Shown in pieces: positions 49,790 to 60,700 of a stretch of 64,000 nucleotides of DNA. Source of the stretch: Carcharhinus amblyrhynchos. Lineage: Eukaryota. Below the pieces are notes generated by a model that had not been told where the DNA came from, did not search any database, and worked only from the letters and a program-made list of their open reading frames with translations. The stretch's first letter is position 1. The number at the start of each line of letters is the position of its first letter. The position numbers were made by a program, and so were the translations under genes. Location: the NCBI GenBank assembly GCA_965287045.1, contig OZ336873.1, positions 35,340,001 through 35,404,000 on the forward strand, read 5' to 3'.

Positions 49790-50330
49790 TGCAGTTTGAA
49801 GCATGGCCTAAACGACAGCTGTGAAGGCCTCTCCCCAGCTCAGCCCTGCAGGAGCTCTAATGTACTTCATTCAGGGGCTGGGAGCTGCTTTTAATCTATC
49901 AGCACGACTCCGCAGCTGCTGTAAGCTAGCTGAAAATGGTCTGCACTTGGGGCTTAACTTTTGTAACCCTTTATGTACAACACATGTTCAAAAATATATC
50001 AGGATAGCAAAAGGCTTTGGAAAAATTACTATTTTAGGAAGCTTTCGAAACAAGATGGTAAAGATGTCCTTGGTTCAAATCAAATCCAAAACTGATGTGA
50101 TAACTGCCTCTTCTCCGTGCGGGATATCTAGGAGAAATTTAATTGGCCAGTCTCCACTTCCTGTGGGCGTGGTGACAGCCCTAAGTAAGTCATAAATTGC
50201 CAAAAACGCATGGCATAACAATGGCACAGTAGCGAGGGTTTTATGAGAATGACGCATTGCTGGGGAAGAGGAAAGAGATTCTACAGTGCAACTCTCCTGA
50301 GCTGGGAGATCTTAATGCAGTTTCTGGATG
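49790..50330. promoter_or_regulatory. Candidate conserved non-coding enhancer
   Basis: Repeat-free, retains CpGs, and clusters several motifs (CAGCTG x2, TAATTG, CTTCCTG, TGACAG, TCATAAA/TTTATGA). Conservation not tested. Confidence 0.35.
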
Positions 50331-50897
50331 TTCAAAGTGAGAAAGGTTCAATTTAGTACAAACTTCCCTCACCTTGCTGAACACAATAATTTGTACTATG
50401 TAGACATATATATTGTATATAAAAGTGATGGTGCCCCAGAAGAAATATCTCATTTATAAGGTGGAAAAGGTGTAACTTTCTCAAACTGGATGATAACAAA
50501 TGCTTTGTATGTAATTCGATGAAATCCTACAGCCATACTCATCCAGTCAAATATCTCAACATGCCTGCTTTCTAAATAAATCAGATTGTTTGTACCCTGG
50601 CTTCTTCTTTGATCATATTATGACTGAACATTACTTGTTTCCATAATTCAAATGTTCCAGTGTTTGATTCAGAACATTTAGATGTTAAGAAACTCAAAAC
50701 AACTAAAAGAATAATCTTCAGGAAATTTCAGTCATATCAAATGCTAACAAGCTGTCAAAAATACTCAAAAAACAGTCATTGCATTTTGGAAAGAAAAAGC
50801 ACTCCTAGGCTGTATCTGCACTAGTGAATTATCTGGGATACAGATGCAGAGGACAGTTTGCAACCAGTATCACTGGACTTGTTTGGGTGGCTGTTTG

Positions 50898-51504
50898 AGG
50901 TTGAGAATTTTCATTCCACTGGACTCCAGCTAAAATATCAGCGGGGGAAGGGACTACCAACAGGAACACCAGCTGCCCTGGAGATGGGATTTTTACCTCT
51001 TAGGGGCAGGAAGTCCTGCCTCAGAATGCTGCCAGCCAATCAGAGACCACAGCTCTTCACCACGGACCTGTGGGAGGCATTTGAGGATGAAGTGGAACGG
51101 GTTAGTGTTTGGGGGTCTCATCGGTGCCAAGTTGACAGCCCGTGTTGAAAGGGTTGCGGGCTGGGGCTTGTGAGGCCATGAGGGCAGGGCCACCTTTGGC
51201 GGACCTTCTGATAGACACAAGAGCTTTGTGGGCCCAGTCTGCACAGTGAAACCTACTTATCTGGCTGCTTGGCCATTCCTGCCATTTGTTAAATGCAGGC
51301 GATGGTGGGATGAGGCAGTAAGTGGACATTAGCTGCCCACTTAAGAGCCTCACACTTGGCCTCCTGGCAGGTGAGCTGCCCGTTGCCCCCCACACTGCTG
51401 GTATATCGGTTAGACAGATGGTAGGCAGCCTGCCCACTGGATTTAAAATGCCCCCCCCGCCCCACCTTCAAATCCAATTCATCAGAGAGCATTAAATTCA
51501 GCCC
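50898..51504. mobile_element. Harbinger-type MITE (GGGCTGAATTT termini); a related end begins at 51845
   Basis: Right end AAATTCAGCCC, left end GGTTGAGAATTTT. GGGCTGAATTTTACG at 51845. Confidence 0.55.
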
Positions 51505-52269
51505 AATGTCTTTAAACTTCTGAGAGGCCAAATTAGTGTTCAAAAGACACTAATTTGTACATTTTTGAACAGGTTTCAGGGCATAAAAAAAGCCACTTTA
51601 TTGAGTAAAGATAACATTTCTAAATGTAAAAAATTAGGAAGGCAAAATTTAAAGACGGATCAAAGTAAACACAAACATACCTACTAAAAAATGAATTCAT
51701 TATTTTATGCCCAAATGTCAATTTTGAAGTTGTTTGTCAAATTATTATTGTTGCAACTGAGAACAATAAACTCCACATACTTAACCAGTATCTTCCTGAT
51801 CTGACTGGCTCCGTGCCATACTATGCTGTGCATTTGCATAATAAGGGCTGAATTTTACGCTCTCCCATGGGTAAGTTAGCAGGTGTGGGGGGGGTGGGGC
51901 TGTAAATTGGGCACAATGCCATGGGGAGGCCTGTGGGCTATTTGAGGACCTTAAGTGACAAGGTAATGGCAACTTAGGGCCTTCTGTGTCCCTGTCAAAA
52001 TTTTTTCATGATGGGCAGAGGTTGGTGACAAGTGAGACGCAGAGCAACTTTCAGTGCTCATGCTGGTTACGGGCGAAGAAGAACGGTACCTTCATAAGAG
52101 ACTCACAGAGGGGAGGTGCATCTCACCCCACTCTTCCAACAACACCAAGGTCTAACCACCTCACCAAAGTCTAACCGTCCTATGTTTCCCCACACGCCCA
52201 CATGAGTCTTTCTGCCCCAGGCTGACGCCCTTCCTCATAATCTCCTTTGGATTGATTCCTTTCTGTTCA

Positions 52270-52590
52270 GTATCGGTCTTGGCTTAGTGGGGGGACTCTT
52301 GCCTTTGAGCTAAAAAGTCATGGGTTTAAGACCACTCAAGGTTTTCAGTACATAATTGAATCAGATATTGCAGTACTGCACTGAGGGAATGCAGTATGGT
52401 TAGAGCTGCCTGCTTTCAGGTGAAATATCAAATCCGAAATCCCATTTGCTGCTTTCATTTGAATGAAAAAGATCCCGTGGAACTATTTGAAGTAAAATTC
52501 TCCCTTTGCCTTGGTCTACACTTATCTGCAAATGCCCCTCAGCAGTAAGACAGATGATGTCTTGCTATATTATGTTGATCTTATAGGGGT
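52270..52590 (+). mobile_element. Deu-domain (SacSINE1-like) SINE
   Basis: tRNA head TTGGCTTAGTGG..ACTCTTGCCT..GAG; ACTGAGGGAATGC; AAAAGATCCCGTGGAACTATTTGAAG. Confidence 0.75.
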
Positions 52591-53230
52591 GTGGTGGTGA
52601 GGAGAAGAGTTGGCAAAACATGTAGCTGGTGAGTGCTTCTTTTTGTGTTTAAGGAATGTATCGAGAATGAGAGTGAGCTGAAGACTGACACTGAATGGAA
52701 TGAGACGCACTTCTTTCCCTGACTGTCAATATTTTCCCATCATCCCCAGAGAAGGAATATATGGACCACCCCATCAATGATATTTGGCCAGAATTAAACC
52801 TTGCTATTGGGGCTTATTGCCTCAGTGAAGATCACATTCTGAGACAGCAGACCCAAATCTGTTGACAATATATTGACTGCTATCAATTAGAGTATTAGTG
52901 TCAGATACAAAGGGTTTTAGGTCAAAGAGGAAGAAGCTTCCTGCCACACTTCCCAAACTTAAGTTGGGATATTATGCTCTGCCTGGATCCCCACCTGTCC
53001 ACACACTGATCCCAATGCCAAATGACAGGGCCATTAAGTAGGTCGAGCCGCTGGGAAAGAAGTACCCTCTTCAAGACTCAACAGCGTGACCAAGAGTGGT
53101 TACCAGAGATGCAGACTGCAGCCATACCCCAACAAAAATTGTCACTGTAGCAGTAGATTTCATCGCTAAGGCCTGGCCAGCAGGCCCTGGTAAGGCATGA
53201 GAGGATGAATTGAAACAGGTTAGTATCAGT

Positions 53231-53264
53231 GGGGGGCCGGGGGGGGGGGGGGGGGGGGGGGGGG
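53231..53264 (+). repeat. G6-CC-G26 homopolymer tract
   Basis: Directly visible. Source of the poly-Pro junk ORFs. Confidence 0.9.
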
Positions 53265-53495
53265 CTCGCCTCTTCAAATAGTTCCAAGGAATATTTTTCA
53301 TTTGACTGAAGCAGTGGATGGAATTATGGATTGACATTTCACCTGAAAGTAGGCAGCTCCAATAATACAGCATTCCCTCAATGCAGCACTGCAATGTCTG
53401 CTTCAATTATGTACTGAAGACCTTGAGTGGGCTTAAATCCACGACTTTCTAGCTCAAAGGCAAGAGTGCTCCCACTGAGCCAAGACTGACGCTGA
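53265..53495 (-). mobile_element. Deu-domain SINE; inverted partner of 52270-52495
   Basis: The reverse complement aligns closely to 52270-52495. Confidence 0.78.
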
Positions 53496-56400
53496 ACAGA
53501 AAGGAATCAATCAGGGGAAGATGTGGGAGGTTTGCTCTCAGAGGAAAGGGAACAGATGGGACACTGCACAAAAGGATGTTCCAAAACACTGTAAAGGTAA
53601 GGCCCCAGCTTAGCAACCTAAGACTGGTAAAGAGGTTAAATTAACTTGCATGGAGTGCATGGTTGACTCATACTCACTTGAGGAATATTTTCACAGAATT
53701 CTTCACTTTCTAATAGAAGTGAAGTCCTCCACAGAAAACTCAGAAAAATTCTGGAGGCTACAATTTTAATGGGGCTGTGACATCAACACCACCGGCCCCA
53801 TTAACATCTGAGGCCAATATAGATCTTTGTGTTGTCAATTGCTCCCAGCAGCGAGTGGAAACTTCGTAAGGGCATTCGAGGTGACTGATCAAGGTTGCTG
53901 GAATACAATACATCCCGAGGAAGAAATCCCATTCCTATCTTCCAGAGTTTAATGAAATAGAAGCAATTCAGTTTCCTTTCAATCTTCCAGATTGAGAGAT
54001 ACCTTCATCTCAGCCCCTCCCCTTGTGTGGACAGGAATTTTAATTCGGACCTGAGTAATCCATTACCTTGGCCTTGTAGTTTTTTTAAAGTGCTCGTGCA
54101 CCAGTTTAAGATTGTTGGTGCCTGTGGTTCCTGCCAGAGGAAACTGCTCTTACAGTCCTTGGCTGCAGCTTGGATAAAATTATAACCCTGCCTCAGAGCA
54201 GCTCCGTATATGCTTGGCTGATATATATCCAGAGCTCTCTCCCAAGTTACAAACATCAATGCTTAAATAGCATGAAGAGGAGAATCCCAGCCCTCTCAAC
54301 ATTTAAAACAAGATCAGCTAAGCTAAAATAAAAAGCTCAGTAGTTCAACGTACATTGTGATGTTGGTCTGACATCTAATGGGGCAAACACTTTGTTCAGT
54401 GTCACACTGAAGTGGAACTTAGGCTTATTTCTTCAGCGTTTCATCCTGTCTCACTTTGGCATTAGTCAAACTGAGTCTTGACCCCATATTTACACTGCAC
54501 ATCAGCACTGAACAGAATTTCTCCATGTGAACGTCAAACTAAGGTGTCAATTCATCTTAAATTCTTGGCAAATTTCCCCTTTGGTCTTGGGTTTTTGCTG
54601 AATTCATACTGTAGTTTGATCAGGTAGAGAAACAAATTTGACAATTGGAGAAACATAATTGGAACAATTTGCATGCTCATCTCCAAAACAAAAATGGAAT
54701 ATCTTGGCTGTCCCAAAGCTAAGACACCAGGCTTTGTTTTGATGGAACAACCACCATCTGGGTGGACATTTCATTTTGAATGAACATAGAGGCTTTATTA
54801 TAGGCAGCCTATCAATGCAACAAAACCCAGCAACGGAGAACTGAAAAACTTTGGCTGTATGTGATTTTACAGGCTCGACAGGCTACGTACAATACTGATA
54901 TAAACTTTGAGAATCTGATGCTTAAATTGGCATTTTTGAGTGATAATTAAAACAATTGGTGTTGGCTTCAGTTGAATTCCACTCAAGAATCAATGAGAAG
55001 AGGATAATTAATACCAAAAACATACAACTAAGCAATTAAGCTATAAACAAATTCTCTCTCCAAAAATCTCTACGGTTTGAATCTGGAAGTTGGATTAAAA
55101 TAATAGTTAAAGAATTTTCTGAAAACAGCAGAGAAAAAAAATAGAGCTATCATGCTGTTCCTAGCCTTTTTTACTGGGCAACCACAGGGCAGGGCTTTTG
55201 TACTGGACAATCGCAGGGCTTCATGTGAAGGTGGTCATGTTAATTTAGGAAAAAAAGATATTGCGTGTAAAACTGGAACTGATTATATCTGCTTTTTGGA
55301 GGTTAGGAATGTCCTTTAAGGTTCAAAATGGCACTCTTAGCGCACCCACATGCCTGCTTTGAGTTGCATCAGGTGCCATTTTGGGGAGGGCATTGGTGCA
55401 TGTGCAGGGTACGCTTGACAGAAGTATACATAGTTGGTAGATCATGTCATACTACTCTTACTGTTTCTAACTGTAAATAACTTGACCTAGTTTGGCCCTA
55501 TCTTAAGCGAATTCCTGCCCATCAGAGGGACTTTGTTCCCACCTATGACTACCAATGGCAAGTAATAGGATATATCATCATATTCCCCAACTTTAACTTG
55601 ACCTAACATTGTTATTGGAATAACTAGTCAGTTTTGCACCAGTTTGTGTAACAGACATAACTGCAAATATATGTGGAAAGTAAACTGTGGATTCTCCAAC
55701 TTTCGATTTTACTGTAGACACAAGTTATACCTTTAGCCCTTTTACTCTCATCTATTGTGTGCTGTTTTTCTTTCTCCCTGACTGAGTACAATTCTTTATA
55801 TTCCTGCTCAATAACATCAACTTCTGTTTCCACATGTATGAAATGCATATTTGAGGATTTCCAAACTCCTGAAGTGGGTTTGAATGAGCTGGGCTGTGAT
55901 CTGGAACTTTACTACGATTTATTTCCTCTACTCCTGCATGCCGTCTGGATATGATCAACTTTCCTGCAAATGGTTGGTGGCTACCATGGTAATGGTAACA
56001 TCTAAATTTCTTACTCTGAGACTGTGGACTTGGCTGCCCTGACCTAGATCTCATTGAAATCTAGTGGATTGCCTCTACTGGCTCAGATAAATAAATCCTT
56101 TGCAATTTGCAACTCTCTCCCTCCTGCCAATTCCACAGATGTGGCTTCAGTGCAGGTCTCCATGTCAGCTTATTGCCTTTGCTCAAAAGCTTGGCCTGGA
56201 TAGTATTGTTCTTTTAGCCTCATACAAACCTGTCTCTGAGCTGCTTTTTAAGTTTGCACCAGTACAGTTGTTACAGTAATGAGAGATGCTTTAATTCAAG
56301 AATGTACCTGCAACAGTTTCACTTGGCAACTGCATCCTGACATGGATAAGCATCTCTCAATTGAATCTCATCCTTATTTTCGCCATAATATGACTCCAGA

Positions 56401-56879
56401 ATCTCTTTAGTTTCAGAATAGTCCATAGTATTGGGATCTCATGGACACATCATGGTGAGGGAAAATTTATTTCTTCCTCATCACCTACTTTATTCACATT
56501 TAGCCAGTCATTTAACCTTGGATCCTAAAGAAGCCAGTCATCTTCATTTGGGTTGAATTCTCCCAGTGCCATTTATTCAATTATATACACACAGCCTCAC
56601 TGCATGATGTACACACAGAATAATCTTTCAAATTGCTCCAACTTCTTTAAAATCTACTTTAGGAATACCAAAAAGTGTGACACGGTGTTCTCCCATCCTT
56701 AATTTCTCAAACGAAATGTCAAAGAAATCTCCATCACAGCATACCTGCCATCTTTCTGTTGTATATTGCCTTGAATGGGACTAACAATGCTCAACTGCAA
56801 GCAGTTGTTATTGAACTAACTTTATTTACACCTTATGTTATATATATTAACAGGAGGCTATATTCTTCTGGGGAATTAC

Positions 56880-57370
56880 CAGAGCCGTAGCCATGTCTGT
56901 GCTTCAGTAAAGAATGCTCAGGCTGAGATCTGCCACTTGCTGCAGCTGCAGCCTGTCAACCTGAGATCAGGGCAAGAACAGCATGGCCAGTGGCTGTGAA
57001 TATGACCATGCTAACAAACTTCCACGCCTCTAGTTCCTTCCAGGTTGGACCGAGAGATATTCACAACACCTCCTGTTTATGCAGAAGAAGTTATTGAGGC
57101 TCTCTATTCAGTAAAAACAAATTATATTCAATTCTATTTTGCAAGAGAGTATCAAGTACAGTGAACGCTCCACTTTGTTAGGATCGCAAGCTTCCCAATG
57201 GTGTAGACTGCATTCATGTCATTTTGCAAACACTGCCATATACCAGAGTCAAAGGGATTCTGTTCTCTCAAGGGGTGGGAGGATGAATGCTGTCATCCTG
57301 AGAGAGGACAGCAGGTTTGTGCTTCAGGAGCCAATAACACTCCTGCAGGGCAATGGCTCAGCAATCCTAA
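56880..57370 (+). mobile_element. Harbinger (HARBI1-like) DDE transposase relic
   Basis: EICHLLQLQP, RTAWPVAVNMTMLTNFHASSSFQ (compare RTALPVAVKVT.ALNFYASGSFQ), EVIEALY, RIASFP..DCIHV (GAIDCTHV motif) and KGFCSL, with stops and frameshifts. Confidence 0.75.
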
Positions 57371-57374
57371 TAAT

Positions 57375-57960
57375 CTGCAGATTGCTGGACTGCTGTGACA
57401 TCCTGTAAGCCCCTAACACACACTAATCCACAGCCATAACAGCAGCAGTCTCAACTTGCATGGCAGCAGTGTGAGCTTCCACTGCAGCACCCAGATATTG
57501 GGCGCTATTGCTTCTGCTGCAATGGATGTTGTAACAGCTGCCTTCAGACCCTGCATTCTGTTGGATCCACAAACCTGCAAATGGAGTTATTCATCACTTC
57601 CATGATGGGAGGCTAAGCTCCAAGTTCTGCACAAAGCTACATGCCAAGTTGGTGGATATGTCAGTTGAAGATGCACTTACAGAATTTGACCACTTGTGAG
57701 GTGACTGAACATCTTGCACCGCGCCCGTACCCTACAGGGTTAGAATTCTGGCACTAGCTGCCACAGTCATTTGCTTTCTGAGCATGTTGAGCTTATATCT
57801 GAAGGGCCTCCAGGCCACTCTCTAGATAAAGCACAATGCACAGTGTGCAGTGAAGAATTCTATTCCAGGAGAGAAGAAAAACTGGTGGAGACAAACCAGC
57901 TCAGAGTTTTATCAAACAAGCAGACAGCGGCATCAAGAGTAGTCAAGGATAAATATACAT
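57375..57960 (-). mobile_element. Harbinger second (Myb-like) gene remnant, convergent with the transposase
   Basis: The reverse complement shares CAGGATGTCACAGCAGTCCAGCAATCTG and flanking homology with 43250-43430. Confidence 0.6.
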
Positions 57961-58648
57961 CTTAGGCTATTCTGTCATGCCATTTGATGCAGGAAGCGCA
58001 ATAGAAGGAGTCACCACTGTAAAGATATAAATGACGATGAAGAATACGGAGGAATGAAATTCAAGGATAAGGTCTGCTCTCTCGTTACATTTTCAGTGAT
58101 TTTTGGATGCAAAGAAATCAAGCAATATGTTCCCAGATCTCTACTATTAATGCTTTAGGCCAACTGTTGGCAAAACCCAGTGACTACTTTCATTCCAATT
58201 CTGTTCCCCTCCTGGGAAAAAGATTCACGTCCCTCACAAATGTGTACAAGAAACTGAAAACTTAGGAAAGTGAGACATTATGAACATACGATACCACTCC
58301 ATGGCATCAAATACTGGTACGGTCTTTAGTGAAGGGGACAAGATTGCAAGTTAAATAGTCTAACATTATATCAACGTCAGGATAACTACGCCATCTGCTT
58401 AAAAATCAGCTGTTTTAATATCTGAATTCTCTGATTTTTGTTCACTTAATCAGTATTCAGTTACAAACTCCACTTTTGAAGTTTCAGCTGTAATAAACTA
58501 GAGTGACACAAAAACAGTTTATTTCAATAAGTTATAGTACTATTTCTGTAATTCTTCATTCAAAATAGATTTCAAGTATAAAAGAATGAAAACAAGTTCA
58601 GAAAGGCAATTTTCAAACAACAGCAACAATATCACAAATATCATGAAA

Positions 58649-58812
58649 ATAGAAACATAGAAGATAGGAGTATGAGGAGGTCATTTGACCCTTCGAGCTG
58701 CCCCATCAATCATCACAATCATGGCAGATCATCCAACTCAATAGCCTAATCTTTGCTATCTCCCTATAACCCATTTGCCCCAAGTGCTATATCTAGCCAA
58801 CCCTTGAATCCA
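58649..58812 (-). mobile_element. CR1 3'-tail fragment
   Basis: ATAGAAACATAGAAGATAGGAG..GGTCATTTGACCCTTCGAG. Confidence 0.75.
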
Positions 58813-59759
58813 AATTCCTCAATGGATTCCTGTTTGAAATCTCTAACAAAGTTAAATGCTAAATAGAACTTTAAATGCCTAATGCTGATAGGATGCAAGT
58901 GAAAACGCTAACTTTAAAACAGCTTAACAGAAGTAGACCAAAACAAGTTGTATATTACACAACATTTGGAATGTATTCCTTTGCAGCCCTGAAATTTCAA
59001 CTATGTCTTGTGTGTGTTAAAAAAATAAAATTAATCCATAAAGTCTGAGTCAATGTTCGACAACTGACATGGCTGTCAGAGCTCAAACTGCTTTGATGTT
59101 AATCCAAAGGTTGGTATATGTTGCTTGGAGAAAGCACTACAGAAACATTTATCCTCTGAAATGTATTACACACAGTTTGTATATATGATTTGTATTAAAT
59201 TACTATTACCATGCACTTGAACTATAAGTAGTGAGGCAATAAATCTGGCAAGTTAATGTGTAAGGTAAATGTCTGTTATGTTTCTAATTATCCAAATATA
59301 TGCAGCATTAATCTTTTCTGGATTATACTCTCCGCATTTAACAATCCAGTATAAAGTTTTATTGTGTCATGGCTTCAACCACGGGGTTAGAAAGTAGTCC
59401 TTGCACAATCTGTGTAAGATTAACACAATTAACAACTCTCCCCAACACAGGGAAGGAAGCAGCAGCATGATTTTTGTACCTTAGATTTTTTTGCAGCTAC
59501 TGTAGATTTAAAACATCTGTGCAAGATTGCACCATGGCAAAAACAATGTTTCCTTGTTAGAGTACGAGCGAGGGTCGTGCAAATCTCTACATAGAAATGT
59601 ATTTCAGGCTCATAGGAGGGAAAGAGATTCCACAAACATTATTGGTTTCAAGTCTTCGGTATGCAATACACCAAGCTTGTTATATGTGAACGTAGATCTC
59701 TCAACAGTAAAAAAACAACAAAAACTTCATACGCCGTGAGAAAATGTTTTCTGACAAAA

Positions 59760-60700
59760 TCCTTGCAGTTGTGCTGTAATACCCACAGCTCATTCTGTTT
59801 TTAGTACAGTAACTCCAGCAGGCCCAGTTCTGAGCCATTTTCTTTCTCTTAGGAAGGCACTCTGCTGAAACCAGACATTTATCATTAGTCGCTGGTACAA
59901 TTTTGCTCTGATTTTTCCACTTGCATTAAAAAAAGTAATTTTTGTTTTAATTACCCTCTTCAGCGGAATGTTGATGAAGTAACAGGGTCCTGCGCTTTGG
60001 GGGCCTTACCTCATTCCTGTGCTTTAATGAGTATAATCCTTAAGGAGCTTTAAAACAACCAACGCTGGGCTCAGGCCTGCAGCTGCCAAATACATTATAC
60101 ACTCTGACAAAAGGCAGGAGTTTGATAACCATACCCAGAATCCATCTTTGTCAGATGCACTATCAAAAAAATGACTTAACTCTTTTACTCCAAAAAATTT
60201 CTGGAATTTCAATATTTGCCGTGGGAATGCAATGGCTGGTTTTCAGCAGATTCTCAGGAAGGGTTAAAGAAATACTTAGAAAACTGAACAACAACCAGGA
60301 AAAAAAAACCTCTGATCCCCAAGACAGGGTATATAGTACCATCTGCACATTTTTTATTTGAGTAATTATCAGATAATTAAGTGCATGATTTGTGAGAGAG
60401 CCAAAGCATACCATTAAAATATTTAATGCTTGTAGTTCTGCGACTGAAAATAGCATTAGCTGATATGCTACCAGCATTTTATGTAAAAATGGCAATGTGT
60501 TTGGAAATTCGAAGGTTTTTCAAGATAACGGTAACAAGGCAGAAAATAGCAACAAAATATTGGAATGCAGTGACAGACTTCCATGGCGCAGTTTTTAAAA
60601 AAATGCAGTTACCAGGTAATTGTTTCCTGGATAAACTTTTTAATTTGCCCGTTAATCCAGTCTTCAGTTAGATGTTAAGAACAGTTAGCTTGCCTTTGTA
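59760..60700. promoter_or_regulatory. Candidate conserved non-coding enhancer
   Basis: Repeat-free, complex sequence rich in TAAT/TAATCC/TGACA motifs. Conservation not tested. Confidence 0.3.
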
